Positions 17,264-28,898 of a stretch of 64,000 bases of DNA are shown here, one piece after another (the first letter of the stretch is position 1; each line of letters opens with the position of its first letter). Origin of the DNA: Acidimicrobiaceae bacterium (GTDB lineage: Bacteria; Actinomycetota; Acidimicrobiia; Acidimicrobiales; Aldehydirespiratoraceae); assembly GCA_009835735.1 (NCBI GenBank), contig VXWX01000019.1, forward strand, positions 979 to 64,978. Reading direction: 5' to 3'. Made by a program: the position numbers and the translations under genes. The notes beneath the pieces were generated by a model. The model saw nothing but the letters and a program-made list of their open reading frames with translations. It did not search any database and was not told where the DNA came from.

Positions 17264-18655
17264 TCAGTCGTCGAATTCCTCGGGCATGAGGACGAACTCG
17301 GGGTAGGTCTCGATGCCCAGCTCGGCGGTGTCCTGGCCCAGGCGCTCGGCCTCGGCGCTCACCCGCAGGCCTATGACCATGTCCATCAGCTTCCACACGA
17401 TCAGGGAGGAGATGAACGCGAAGGCGCCGATGGCCACCACGCCGAGCAGCTGTGTCCCGAAGTTGGCGCCGCCCGCGATGCTCGCCGCCAGCGTTCCCCA
17501 GATGCCGCACACCAAGTGGGCGGGGATGGCTCCCACGACGTCGTCGATCTTCAGCTTCTCCAGCCCCTTGATGGCCACGGTGCAGATCACCCCGCCGATG
17601 GCGCCGATGATGACCGCCCACCAGTGCTCGGTTATGTCGGGCGCGGCGGTGATCGAGACCAGCCCGGCCAGCGCGCCGTTGAGGCCCGCGAACAGGTCCA
17701 TGCGACCGAAGATCGGCCGCGAGACGACCAGAGCGGCCACCACCCCGGCCGCCGCGGCCAGATTGGTGTTGACCAGGATGTTGCTCATGGCCACCGCGTC
17801 GGCCGCGCTGCCCAGAGCCAGCTGCGACCCGCCGTTGAAGCCGAACCAGCCGAGCCACAGGATCAGCACCCCCAGGGTCACCAGCAGCACGTTGGAGGGC
17901 GGGGTGGGCTTGACCGTGCCGTTCTTGCGGTACTTGCCGAGGCGCGGCCCGATGATTATCACGCCGGCCAGAGCGGCCCAGCCGCCGGTGCTGTGGACGA
18001 TGGTGGACCCGGCGAAGTCCACGAAGCCCTGCTCGGCCAGCCAGCCGCCGCCCCAGTACCAGGATCCGACGATCGGGTAGATGAAGGCGGTCAGGATCAG
18101 GGTGAACAGGAAGAACGCCCACATCTTGATCCGCTCGGCGATAGCACCCGACACGATCGACGCGGCGGTGGCCACGAACACCATCTGGAAGAACCAGTCC
18201 GACATGACCGCGTAGCCGTTGCCGACCACCTCGCCGAGGTGGTCGGCCGCACCGTCGAGCAGGCCCAGCTCGGCGTCGGACGGTCCGTAGAGGAACTGGA
18301 ACGAGCCCACCACGTCGCCGACGTCGACGTACATCAGGTTGTAGCCGATGAAGTAGTAGGCCAGGCCGGCGATCGAGTAGATGCCGATGTTCTTGAGGCA
18401 GATCATCGAGGCGTTCTTGGTGCGCACCGCGCCCGACTCCAGCATGGTGAAGCCGGCGCACATCCACATCACCAGAGCGCCCCAGATGAGGAAGGCGAAC
18501 GTGTTCAGGATGAACTGCAGTTCCTCACGCGGCAGGCCCGAAGACTCGCCTTGTGCTGCGTCGGCCAGAGCGGTGGCCGGCAGTGCGAGCAGGAGCGCTG
18601 TAGCCGCTAGCGCTACTCCGGCCGTCTTCAAGCCGCGTCGTCGAATCGGACTCAT
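17264..18655 (-). CDS. amt: Ammonium transporter (Amt family)
   Basis: ATG at 18653-18655 (MSPIRRRGLKTAGVALA... signal-like). Amt motifs are present: FILNTFAFLIWGALVMWMCAGFTMLESG, DFAGSTIVHSTGGWAALAG, WLGWFGFNGGS and VCGIWGTLA. The 356 upstream codons of track ORF 17264..19723 run through fabH in another frame. Confidence 0.9.
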   Translation of the reverse strand: MSPIRRRGLKTAGVALAATALLLALPATALADAAQGESSGLPREELQFILNTFAFLIWGALVMWMCAGFTMLESGAVRTKNASMICLKNIGIYSIAGLAYYFIGYNLMYVDVGDVVGSFQFLYGPSDAELGLLDGAADHLGEVVGNGYAVMSDWFFQMVFVATAASIVSGAIAERIKMWAFFLFTLILTAFIYPIVGSWYWGGGWLAEQGFVDFAGSTIVHSTGGWAALAGVIIIGPRLGKYRKNGTVKPTPPSNVLLVTLGVLILWLGWFGFNGGSQLALGSAADAVAMSNILVNTNLAAAAGVVAALVVSRPIFGRMDLFAGLNGALAGLVSITAAPDITEHWWAVIIGAIGGVICTVAIKGLEKLKIDDVVGAIPAHLVCGIWGTLAASIAGGANFGTQLLGVVAIGAFAFISSLIVWKLMDMVIGLRVSAEAERLGQDTAELGIETYPEFVLMPEEFDD

Positions 18656-18720
18656 GCGGGGCCCCCTTGTGTCTAGGAATGGGTCAAGACCGACCGCGAC
18701 AATAGCAGTAGGAACCAGTC

Positions 18721-19821
18721 TCAGTCCGCTCGGCTGTGGGTATGCAGCGGCGCGTAGAAGTCGCGGTTGGAGGCCAGCAGGTCGAAGACGGTCTCGTCGC
18801 AAGGAGGCAGCTCGAGATCGCAGTGGCCGAGGGGCTCGACCCGCTCGCCCCAGCGCGTCACCGTCGACCCCCAGGTGACGCCCCCGCCGAATGCGGTCTG
18901 CACCACGATGGAGCCCGGCTGGATCATCCTGGCGTCGAGGGCGTCCGACAAAGCCATCGGCACCGACGCGGCCGCGGAGTTGCCGTGGGTGGCGATGTTG
19001 AGCATCACGCGGTCGGGGTCGAGGCCTAGTCGCCGGCCCGCAGCGGTGATGATCCGCTCGTTGGCCTGGTGGGGGATCACTGCATCGACATCCGCGAGGC
19101 TGAGGCCGGCCCGGTCTACCGCACGCCGCACGGATTTCTCGATGCCCTGCACCGCGATCTTGAAGACGGCCTGGCCGTCGAAGTGCAGGCGGTGCAGGAA
19201 GGGGTCCCGAACATTGCTCAGCCGGCCACGGGTGCCCAGCGTGGGGAACACCATGGTGCGACCGGCCACGCCGTCGGCGCCCAGGTCGATACCCAGCACG
19301 CCGTCGCCGTTTTTCGATGGCTCCAGCACCGCGGCGCCCGCGCCGTCCCCGAAGAGGATGCAGGTGGCCCGGTCCCAGTAGTCCATCACCCAGTGCAGCT
19401 TCTCGGCCCCGACGAGCAGCACCCGCTCGGCCACGCCCCCGGTGATCATCGACGACGCGGTGGCCGTGCCGTAGATCCACCCGCTGCACGCCGCGTTGAG
19501 GTCGAACGCGGCCGCGTTGACCGCCCCGAGGCGCTCCTGCAGCACGCAGGCGTTGCTCGGGCAGGTGATCTCGGGCGTGACGGTGGCCAGGATCAGCATG
19601 TCGATGTCGGTTGTCTCCAGGCCGGCCGCGGCCAGGGCCCGCCGGGCGGCCACCTCGGCGAGGTCGGTGGTCTCCACATGGGAGATGCCGCGCTCGTGGA
19701 TTCCCGTCCGCTCCACGATCCACTCATTGTCGGTGTTCACGAGCTGTTCCAGATCGGCGTTGGTCAACTTCACTGGGGGCACGCACTTGCCCCAGCCTGT
19801 GAACGTCGCCCGCACCGCCAT
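18721..19821 (-). CDS. Beta-ketoacyl-ACP synthase III (FabH-like)
   Basis: ATG at 19819-19821 (MAVRATFTGWG). The Cys-His-Asn triad context is present (NAACSGW, IPHQANERI, GNSAAASVP). There is a ~45-aa C-terminal extension. No acpP or fabF lies nearby. Confidence 0.8.
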   Translation of the reverse strand: MAVRATFTGWGKCVPPVKLTNADLEQLVNTDNEWIVERTGIHERGISHVETTDLAEVAARRALAAAGLETTDIDMLILATVTPEITCPSNACVLQERLGAVNAAAFDLNAACSGWIYGTATASSMITGGVAERVLLVGAEKLHWVMDYWDRATCILFGDGAGAAVLEPSKNGDGVLGIDLGADGVAGRTMVFPTLGTRGRLSNVRDPFLHRLHFDGQAVFKIAVQGIEKSVRRAVDRAGLSLADVDAVIPHQANERIITAAGRRLGLDPDRVMLNIATHGNSAAASVPMALSDALDARMIQPGSIVVQTAFGGGVTWGSTVTRWGERVEPLGHCDLELPPCDETVFDLLASNRDFYAPLHTHSRAD

Positions 19822-19829
19822 CGCCGGCC

Positions 19830-21086
19830 TCAGACGCCCTCCGTGGCCAGGGCGACCACGGTGTTGAGCAGGACGTTGGCTCCGGCAATGAGATCGTCCG
19901 GCTCGGTGTACTCGGCTGGATTGTGACTGATGCCCTTCACGCTGGGCACGAACACCATTCCCGCCGGGCACACCGCGGCCAGGATCTGGGCGTCGTGTCC
20001 CGCTCCCGAAGGCATCCTCCGCACCGACAGCCCCAACGCCGAGGCGTTGGACTCGACCAACTCCACCACCCGGGGATCGAACACCACCGGCTCGAAGCGG
20101 GCCACCCACTTGGTCTCGATCTCGACATCCTCCGAGTCGGCTATTCGCCTGACCTCGGTCAGCAGGCGTCGCTCGGCCGACTGCAGATCATCGTCGTCCG
20201 TGTTGCGCAGGTCGATGATGAGCTGGGCCCGGGCCGCCACCACGTTCACAAGGTCGGGGTGCAGTCTCAAGGCCCCGACTGTTCCCACCTGGGTCCCGCC
20301 CATCTCGTTGGCGATGCGCCGCACCGCCACCACCAGCTCGCCGGCGGCCAGTCCCGCGTCGCGCCGCATGCTCATCGGGGTCGTGCCCGCGTGATTCGAC
20401 TGGCCGGTGATGTTCACCTCGGTCCACGAGATGCCCTGGACGCCGGTGACGGCACCGATGCGCATGCCGTCTCGCTCCAGCACCGGCCCCTGCTCGATGT
20501 GGAGCTCCACGAAGGCATAGGGAGCCGGTCCCGGGCACGGCACCGGGCCCCGGTAGCCGATGCGGTCCAATTCGTCCCCGACCGCCACCCCATTGGCGTC
20601 GGTAGTCGACATGGCCTCCTCGACGGTCAGCCCGCCGGTGTAGCAGAGGCTGCCCATCATGTCGGGCGGGAAACGGGAGCCCTCCTCGTTGGTGAAGAAG
20701 GCTGCCGCCAGCGGGCGCTCAAGGTCGATGCCGCTCTCGATGGCGGTCTCGATCACCTCCAGCGCTGCCAGCACTCCCAGATTGCCGTCGTACTTGCCGC
20801 CGGTGGCGACGGTGTCGATGTGGGAGCCCATCATCACCGGCGGGCCGCGGCCCACGTCGGGCTGCACCGCCACGACGTTCCCGATGGTGTCGATGCTCAC
20901 ATCGAGGCCGAGGTCGCGCATCCAGGTGACCACCAGGTCACGGCCCTCCTTGTCGGCGTCGGTAAGGGCGAGGCGATTGTTGCCCCCTCCGGGGATCGGT
21001 CCGATCTCGGCCAGGTCCCACAGCCGTTGCAGCAGGCGCTGACCGTTTACCTCCAGAACCTGGCGATATCCGCTGGAACCGGCCAT
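19830..21086 (-). CDS. M20-family Zn hydrolase of the carbamoylase / allantoate amidohydrolase type
   Basis: Motifs GSHIDTV..GG.YDG..GV, FTNEEGSRF and the C-terminal SGAGHDAQ match the hydantoinase/carbamoylase-family amidase pattern. Confidence 0.8.
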   Translation of the reverse strand: MAGSSGYRQVLEVNGQRLLQRLWDLAEIGPIPGGGNNRLALTDADKEGRDLVVTWMRDLGLDVSIDTIGNVVAVQPDVGRGPPVMMGSHIDTVATGGKYDGNLGVLAALEVIETAIESGIDLERPLAAAFFTNEEGSRFPPDMMGSLCYTGGLTVEEAMSTTDANGVAVGDELDRIGYRGPVPCPGPAPYAFVELHIEQGPVLERDGMRIGAVTGVQGISWTEVNITGQSNHAGTTPMSMRRDAGLAAGELVVAVRRIANEMGGTQVGTVGALRLHPDLVNVVAARAQLIIDLRNTDDDDLQSAERRLLTEVRRIADSEDVEIETKWVARFEPVVFDPRVVELVESNASALGLSVRRMPSGAGHDAQILAAVCPAGMVFVPSVKGISHNPAEYTEPDDLIAGANVLLNTVVALATEGV

Positions 21087-21119
21087 CGCGGGCGAGGTTA
21101 GCCGCGCCGCCAGTCTCTT

Positions 21120-21941
21120 CTACCCGGCCAGAAAGTCCAGGATAGCGTCCAGCGACTCCTCCTGCTGCTCGACGTAGTGCCCGTGGCCGCTGCCCTCGAA
21201 GATGACCAGCCGGGCGTCGGGCAGGTTCTCGGCCACGTACCGGGCGCCGGCTCCGCCCGGCCCGGCATCCAGCGGGGTGAGCACGTCCTCCGATCCCACC
21301 ATGACCAGCGTCGGTGCCGCCACCCGGTGGAGCTGGCCGGTGACGTCGGTGTCGATCATCGCCTGGCAGGCGTCGACGAAGACATCGGTGCCCACGTTGC
21401 GGGCGGTGATCTCCTGCATCAGGTCAACGGCCTCGTCGCCGCCGTTGGGGCCGTCGAGAAAGGCGCGTGAGAAGGCGTCGATGAGCAGCTGCTCGGCCAG
21501 CTCCTTCGACGCCGCCCCGTAGGCCCGGGCCAGGCTCTGCCAGACCCTGAACTGGAGCACCCCCATGCGGTCGCACCGGCCCACGGCCCCGGCCCCGAGG
21601 ACCAGCTTGTCGACCCTGTCGGGATAGCGGGCCGCGAAGTTCACCGCGATGAAGCTGCCCATCGAACCGCCGTGGATGTGGGCTCGTTCCAGGTCGAGCG
21701 CATCCATCAGCCCGGCCAGGTCGTCGCTCCAGGTGTCGAGCGTGTAGCGCTGGGCGGGGCGGTCGCTGCTTCCGTAGCCGCGGTGGTCGTAGTCGAGCAC
21801 GCGGTAGTGCTGCGACAGCCCGGGCGTGATGGTGGCGTACCCCTCATGGGCGCTGACGGCTCCGCCGATCTGGACGACGGTGGCGCCCTCGCCGCTGAAC
21901 TGGTACCAGAGTTCGACTCCGTTGGCATTGACCTTGGGCAT
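21120..21941 (-). CDS. Alpha/beta-fold hydrolase
   Basis: HRGYGSSD, nucleophile elbow GGSMG and a C-terminal GHGHYVEQ are present. The protein is 273 aa. Confidence 0.8.
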   Translation of the reverse strand: MPKVNANGVELWYQFSGEGATVVQIGGAVSAHEGYATITPGLSQHYRVLDYDHRGYGSSDRPAQRYTLDTWSDDLAGLMDALDLERAHIHGGSMGSFIAVNFAARYPDRVDKLVLGAGAVGRCDRMGVLQFRVWQSLARAYGAASKELAEQLLIDAFSRAFLDGPNGGDEAVDLMQEITARNVGTDVFVDACQAMIDTDVTGQLHRVAAPTLVMVGSEDVLTPLDAGPGGAGARYVAENLPDARLVIFEGSGHGHYVEQQEESLDAILDFLAG

Positions 21942-22051
21942 CGGACGGCCTCCTGTGTCGGCTTGGGGGAATTGGCAGCGGTGGGCTCCCTAGAGGGCGT
22001 TCCTGGCTGCCAATTCGCGGTCGAACTGACGGCAGCCTATATTGACCGCCG

Positions 22052-22453
22052 ATGCCGCTGGAATCCGTGGTGGACGTGCCCGGGCTGTGCCCGCCGCCGG
22101 AGCCGTACTCCTACGCGGTGCGGGCCGGCGACACGCTCTACCTGGCCGGCCAGGTGGCCTTGGACGAGGCTGGCAACGTGGTGGGGGAGACCGTCACGGA
22201 GCAGGCCCGTCAAGTGTGGGACAACATCGCCAGCGTCCTGGCCGCTTCGGGCAGCTCCATCGCCGACGTCGTGAAGGTCACCTACTTCATGCAGGACGTG
22301 CGAGAGATTGCCGAGGAGATGGAGATTCGCCGCGAAGTGTTCGCCGGCCGGCCGTTCCCTGCGGTGACCGCGTGCCAGGCCGCCGCCCTGGGCCTGCCCG
22401 GCCTCAAGATGGAGGTGGACGTGATCGCGGTGATCGGTGCCGGTCGTGGGTGA
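22052..22453 (+). CDS. RidA/YjgF-family reactive-intermediate deaminase
   Basis: YSYAVRAGDTLYLAGQVALD..GNVVG...EQARQVWDNI..VL...G....DVVKVTYF is the RidA fold signature. The protein is 133 aa. Confidence 0.85.
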   Translation: MPLESVVDVPGLCPPPEPYSYAVRAGDTLYLAGQVALDEAGNVVGETVTEQARQVWDNIASVLAASGSSIADVVKVTYFMQDVREIAEEMEIRREVFAGRPFPAVTACQAAALGLPGLKMEVDVIAVIGAGRG

Positions 22454-22661
22454 CGCAGCTCCCGGCGATCCGGTCGAGCAGACCGCGGCCCGGATGCGTG
22501 CACTAGGTCTCGACCATGAGGTGCTCGACCCGGCGGCCACACATGCCGATCTGGCTGAGCGGATCGCGCAGAGTGAGAGCCTGGATGCGTTGCTGTCGGA
22601 GAGCGGTGGGCTGGACCCCACCGCCTTCGATCCGAGCTGGCCGACGGGCGCTACCGATTAA
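22437..22661 (+). CDS. Small ORF upstream of the amidase; possible AtzG/GatC-like (DUF4089-like) amidase partner
   Basis: It overlaps the RidA stop and ends 15 nt before the amidase ATG. Candidate starts are GTG 22437, GTG 22446 and ATG 22494. The sequence MRALGLDHEVLDP...ADLAERIAQSESLDALL...LDPTAFDPSW resembles, from memory, the small partner proteins found beside AtzE-type amidases. This is not verified. Confidence 0.35.
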   Translation: MPVVGDAAPGDPVEQTAARMRALGLDHEVLDPAATHADLAERIAQSESLDALLSESGGLDPTAFDPSWPTGATD

Positions 22662-22675
22662 CCCCGGAACGGGCA

Positions 22676-24070
22676 ATGACCGACATCGGTGAGGCCGGCA
22701 GGGCGCTGCGCTCGGGCCGCATCACCAGCCGGGCGCTCACTGAGGCCAGCCTGGCTGCGGCGGCCGCCCTCGATGCTGATCTGTCGGCTTTCGTGGTCAT
22801 GGACCCCGACGGTGCCCTGGCCGCGGCCGACGCCGCCGACGAGGCGATCGCAGCCGGACGCGACCTCGGGCCCCTGATGGGCGTGCCGGTGGCGATCAAG
22901 GACATCGTCGACGCCGCCGGCCTGCCCACGAGATGCGGCTCGCCGGCCTACCCGGCGACACCGGCCGCGACCGACGCCACGCTGGTGTGGCGCCTGCGCC
23001 GCGGCGGAGCAGTCATCGTGGGCAAGACGACCACCCACGAGCTCGCCTGCGGGGTCTACAGCCCGCCGGTCTCCAATCCCTGGGACCTGGGACGGATTCC
23101 CGGCGGGTCCAGCGGCGGCTCGGGTGCCGCGGTCGCGGCCGGGATCGTGCCCATGGCCATCGGCAGCGACACCGGTGGCTCGATTCGCATCCCTGCCTCG
23201 CTGTGCGGAACGGTGGGACTGAAGGCCACCTACGGGCGGGTGTCCCGTGCCGGCGTGGCCGCGCTGGCGTGGTCGCTCGACCACCTCGGGCCCCTGACCT
23301 CTACCGTCGAAGGCTGCGCCGCCAGCCTGGAGGTTCTCGCCGGACCCGACCCCTTGGATCCCTCGGCCTCGTCGAGGCCGGTGCCCCAGTACTCCAGCGG
23401 CCTTGACCGGGGTGTCGATGGGTTGCGGATCGGCGTGCTCGGCGGTGCCCCGCTCGAACCCATGCAACCCGACGTGGCGGAGACCTTCTCGGCCTCCGCC
23501 GACCTGCTCGGCGGCCAGGGCGCGGCCATGGTCGGCGTGGAGGTTCCCGAACTGGAGCACGGCTTGGCCGCCGAGTTCGGGATTGTCGCTCCCGAAGCCG
23601 GCGCGTACCACCGGGAGCTGGTGCGCAGCCGACCCGACCAGATCGACCCCGGCATCCGCACCCTGCTGGTGGCGGGCCTGATGCTGGAGCCCGAGCACTA
23701 CTTCAAGGCGCTGGAGGCCCGCCGAGTCATCGCTGAGGCCCTGCGGAGCGCCTTCGTCCGCAACCGGCTCGACGCGCTGATCACACCGACCCTCCCGGCC
23801 ACCGCCGCGCCCAGGGATGCCGACGACTTCCGGTTCGGGGACTCCGCCGAGCCGGTGACGCTGGCCTACGTGCGCACCACGGGCCCGTTCAACCTGTCGG
23901 GCCTGCCCGCTCTGTCGGTGCCGGCCGGCTTCGACCGTGACGGTCTGCCCATCGGACTGCAGATCGCGGCCGGGCCGTTCGACGAGGAGACAGCACTAAG
24001 GGTCGGCGCCTGTTTCGAGGCGGCCGCGGGCATCCGGGGCCGGCGGCCCCCGACCCACGCGTCGGGCTGA
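22676..24070 (+). CDS. Amidase-signature (AS) family amidase (GatA/AtzE-like)
   Basis: [22 protein letters not shown] and [12 protein letters not shown] are the Ser-cisSer-Lys AS signature. The protein is 464 aa. Confidence 0.88.
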   Translation: MTDIGEAGRALRSGRITSRALTEASLAAAAALDADLSAFVVMDPDGALAAADAADEAIAAGRDLGPLMGVPVAIKDIVDAAGLPTRCGSPAYPATPAATDATLVWRLRRGGAVIVGKTTTHELACGVYSPPVSNPWDLGRIPGGSSGGSGAAVAAGIVPMAIGSDTGGSIRIPASLCGTVGLKATYGRVSRAGVAALAWSLDHLGPLTSTVEGCAASLEVLAGPDPLDPSASSRPVPQYSSGLDRGVDGLRIGVLGGAPLEPMQPDVAETFSASADLLGGQGAAMVGVEVPELEHGLAAEFGIVAPEAGAYHRELVRSRPDQIDPGIRTLLVAGLMLEPEHYFKALEARRVIAEALRSAFVRNRLDALITPTLPATAAPRDADDFRFGDSAEPVTLAYVRTTGPFNLSGLPALSVPAGFDRDGLPIGLQIAAGPFDEETALRVGACFEAAAGIRGRRPPTHASG

Positions 24071-24095
24071 GCCAAGACCAGAGAGGACGTCCTCG

Positions 24096-24926
24096 ATGCC
24101 CTTCGTCAACCTGCCCACCGGGATAGAGATGTACTACCAGGTCGAGGGAACCGGAGACCCCCTGCTGCTCATCATGGGCACGGCCGCCGATCACACCACC
24201 TGGGCCGCCCAGGTGGAGGCTTACCGGCACCACTACACGGTCATCACCTACGACGCCCGAGGCACGGGACGGTCCACCCATCCGCCCGGTGTCGGCGACT
24301 ACTCGATGCGCATCCTGGCAGACGATGCGGCCGCGCTCTGTGGCAGCCTCGGGGTGGAGCGAGCCCACGTGTCGGGCTTGTCCCTCGGATCGGCCACCGC
24401 CCAGGAGCTCGCGATCAACCATCCCGGCCTGGTGGCCACCCTGCAACTGCACTGCACCTGGGGCCGTTCCGACGAGTGGTTCATTCGCATGATCGACACC
24501 AACGAGACCTACATCCTCCATGACGACCCGGCCGGGTACATCCGGACCGCCCTGTTGTGGGTGGCCAGCCCGACGTTCATCAACGACCAGCCGGCCGATG
24601 TGGAGGCCTTCGAGCGGGGCTTCATCCTCGAGAACCCGCATCCGCCCTCCAAGGCCGGAATGCTCGGCCACTTCCATGCCGACAAGACCCACGACACGCT
24701 CGACCGCCTCGGTTCGATCGAGGTACCGACCCTGATCACCTCGGGAGAGGTGGATTGGCAGGTGCCGACCCGCTACGGCCTGGAGGTGCAGCGAGCAATC
24801 GAGGGCTCGACCATGCACGTGTTCCGAGGCCCCCACTCCAGCCACATCGCCTTCCACGAGATGGTCGACGAGTGGAACGCGTTCACTCTTGGCTGGCTCG
24901 ACCGCCAGTCCCGCATCGCGGGCTGA
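24096..24926 (+). CDS. Alpha/beta-fold hydrolase
   Basis: GTGDPLLLIMG, ARGTGRS, nucleophile elbow GLSLGS and a C-terminal HSSHIAFHE are present. Confidence 0.8.
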   Translation: MPFVNLPTGIEMYYQVEGTGDPLLLIMGTAADHTTWAAQVEAYRHHYTVITYDARGTGRSTHPPGVGDYSMRILADDAAALCGSLGVERAHVSGLSLGSATAQELAINHPGLVATLQLHCTWGRSDEWFIRMIDTNETYILHDDPAGYIRTALLWVASPTFINDQPADVEAFERGFILENPHPPSKAGMLGHFHADKTHDTLDRLGSIEVPTLITSGEVDWQVPTRYGLEVQRAIEGSTMHVFRGPHSSHIAFHEMVDEWNAFTLGWLDRQSRIAG

Positions 24927-24938
24927 GTAGCTGTACTC

Positions 24939-25754
24939 GTGACCCCCAGGCGTCGGCGCCTCGACATCGAGATGGTGCGCCGCGGCCTGGCCGGCAGCCG
25001 TACCGAGGCCCAGCGGCTCGTCGAGGGTCGGCGGGTGACGGTCGGCGGATCGGTGGCGGTCAAGGCGTCGCGCCTCGTCGACCCGGCCGAGCCCGTGGTG
25101 GTGAAGGGCGACCCGCCCCGCTTCGTGTCCCGGGGCGGGCACAAGCTTGAGGCCGCGCTGGCCGGATTCGCCATCGGTGCGAGCGGGTGCCGGGCCATCG
25201 ACGTGGGCGCGTCGACCGGGGGCTTCACCGATTGCCTGCTGCAGCACGGTGCCGCCGCCGTGGTCGCCATCGATGTGGGCCGCAACCAACTGCACGAGCG
25301 TTTGCGGGCCGACCCGAGGGTGGCATCGTTCGAGCGCACGGATGTGCGCGACGTCGCCGAGGCTGCCATCGGCGGGCCTGCCGAACTCGTCGTTGCCGAC
25401 GTCTCGTTCATCTCGCTGCGTCTGGTAATGGCCGATCTCTGCCGGCTGGCAACCGCCGACATCGTCGTGTTGGTGAAGCCCCAGTTCGAGGCGGGCCGGG
25501 CCGACGCCGACCGGGGTCGCGGCGTGATCCACGACCCGGAAGTGTGGCGGCGGACGCTGTCCGGAGTTTGCCGCGCCGTTGTTGGCGCCGGAGCGGCCAT
25601 CATGGGGGTCATGGTCTCGCCTCTGACCGGCGCCGAGGGCAACGTGGAGTTCCTGCTGCACGCCGATGTGCGCCGTGGTGCCGACGGTCTGGCAGAGCTC
25701 GACGCTGCCGTTGACCGAGCCGTAGCCGAGGCAGCTGGAGTCCGGGGGGCCTGA
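24939..25754 (+). CDS. tlyA: TlyA-family 16S/23S rRNA (cytidine-2'-O)-methyltransferase
   Basis: S4 domain (RLDIEMVRRGLAGSRTEAQRLVEGRRVTV), FVSRGGHKLEAAL and SAM motif DVGASTGGFTDCLL are present. Confidence 0.88.
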   Translation: MTPRRRRLDIEMVRRGLAGSRTEAQRLVEGRRVTVGGSVAVKASRLVDPAEPVVVKGDPPRFVSRGGHKLEAALAGFAIGASGCRAIDVGASTGGFTDCLLQHGAAAVVAIDVGRNQLHERLRADPRVASFERTDVRDVAEAAIGGPAELVVADVSFISLRLVMADLCRLATADIVVLVKPQFEAGRADADRGRGVIHDPEVWRRTLSGVCRAVVGAGAAIMGVMVSPLTGAEGNVEFLLHADVRRGADGLAELDAAVDRAVAEAAGVRGA

Positions 25755-25759
25755 GATCG

Positions 25760-26617
25760 ATGGCGATTGTCGGGCTGATCGTGCACCAGGGCCGTCCGGA
25801 GGCCACCGCTGCAGCTCGTGATCTCTCGGTGTGGCTCGCCTCGCAGGGTCATCAGGCCTGCATGCCTCCCGAAGAAGCGGCTGCCACATCCTGTCCAGAC
25901 CTGCAGGTTGATCCGGCTCAGTTCGCGGCGGGCCTGGACGCAGTGGTGACCCTCGGCGGGGACGGCTCGATCCTGCGCGCCGTCGAGCTCGTCGGCGAGT
26001 CGGGTGTTCCTATTCTCGGCGTCAACTTCGGCCGGATGGCCTACCTCACCGAAGTGGCGCCGGCCGACGCGCACGCGGCCATCGATCGGGTGCTGGCCGG
26101 TGATCACCGTGTCTCCGAGCGGATGCTGCTCACCGTGGAGTTCGATGCCGGCGGTGGGCAGGGCCGGCAGCGGAGAGTCGCTCTCAACGAAGCGGTCGTG
26201 GAACGGCCCGCGGCCTCCTATGCCCTGCGCCTGGGAGTGTCGTTCAACGGCGAGCAGTTCACCACCTACGCGGCCGACGGCCTCATCGTGTCCACGCCGA
26301 CCGGATCTACTGCGTACTCGCTGTCCGCCGGAGGACCCGTCATCGATCCCAACCATCGGGCCTTGCTGCTCACCCCGGTCTCGCCCCACATGCTCTTCGA
26401 CCGGTCCGTGATGGTTGCGCCTGAGACGCGACTGCAACTCGAGGTCCTCTCGGATCGGGGTGCGGTGCTGTCGGTGGACGGTCGCCGGCTGGCCGAACTG
26501 AATCAACACGACGAGGTGGTCTGCTCCGCGTCGCGGAATCCAGCTCGTCTGGTGACCTTCGGGACTCGCAAGTTCCATCAGGTGCTCAAGACGAAGTTCG
26601 GACTCAATGACCGCTGA
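25760..26617 (+). CDS. nadK: NAD kinase
   Basis: GGDGSILRA, the NE motif and STPTGSTAYSLSAGGP are NadK hallmarks. The tlyA-nadK synteny supports the call. Confidence 0.9.
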   Translation: MAIVGLIVHQGRPEATAAARDLSVWLASQGHQACMPPEEAAATSCPDLQVDPAQFAAGLDAVVTLGGDGSILRAVELVGESGVPILGVNFGRMAYLTEVAPADAHAAIDRVLAGDHRVSERMLLTVEFDAGGGQGRQRRVALNEAVVERPAASYALRLGVSFNGEQFTTYAADGLIVSTPTGSTAYSLSAGGPVIDPNHRALLLTPVSPHMLFDRSVMVAPETRLQLEVLSDRGAVLSVDGRRLAELNQHDEVVCSASRNPARLVTFGTRKFHQVLKTKFGLNDR

Positions 26618-26666
26618 ACGTCCCCCGGGACTGAGCGTCCGCCGGGTTCTCTGGTTATCGCGGTAG

Positions 26667-28346
<1,680 letters not shown>

Positions 28347-28349
28347 CCG

Positions 28350-28898
28350 GTGGAGCCGGGACTGGACTTCCGCAAGGTCAGCGAGCGCGAGATCCACGCC
28401 GGCAGGGTCGTGCGCCTGACCGAGAGTGTCTTCACCACCCCCGACGGCGGCCGCATAACGAGAGACGTGGTACACCACCGCGGCGCGGTGGTGGTGGTGG
28501 CTGTGGACGGCGACGAGGTCGTGCTGTTGCGGCAGTACCGCACGCCGGTGGAGAGCGAACTGCTCGAGATCCCAGCCGGCACCCGCGACGTGGGCGGGGA
28601 GGATCCCGCGGGCACGGCCCGCCGGGAGCTCGCCGAAGAGGCCGGTCTGGCCTGCGACTCGCTGGAGGAGTTGGGGACGTTCTTCAACTCACCGGGCTTC
28701 TGCGACGAGTTGTCCCACGTCTTCCTGGCCACCGGGCTTCGCCCCGTGCCCCGTGCGCCCGACGGGGCCGAAGAGGAGTGGATGACCATCGAGCGGGTCG
28801 GCCTGGACGAGGCCGAGGCCATGATCGACCGGGGCGAGATCCGCGATGCCAAGACCATCATCGGCGTGCTTCTGGCGTTGCGCCGTCTCAGGCAATGA
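28350..28898 (+). CDS. NUDIX hydrolase (ADP-ribose pyrophosphatase-like)
   Basis: Nudix box G...(GEDPAGTARRELAEEAGL). It occupies the conserved position between pyrG and xerD. Confidence 0.85.
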   Translation: MEPGLDFRKVSEREIHAGRVVRLTESVFTTPDGGRITRDVVHHRGAVVVVAVDGDEVVLLRQYRTPVESELLEIPAGTRDVGGEDPAGTARRELAEEAGLACDSLEELGTFFNSPGFCDELSHVFLATGLRPVPRAPDGAEEEWMTIERVGLDEAEAMIDRGEIRDAKTIIGVLLALRRLRQ

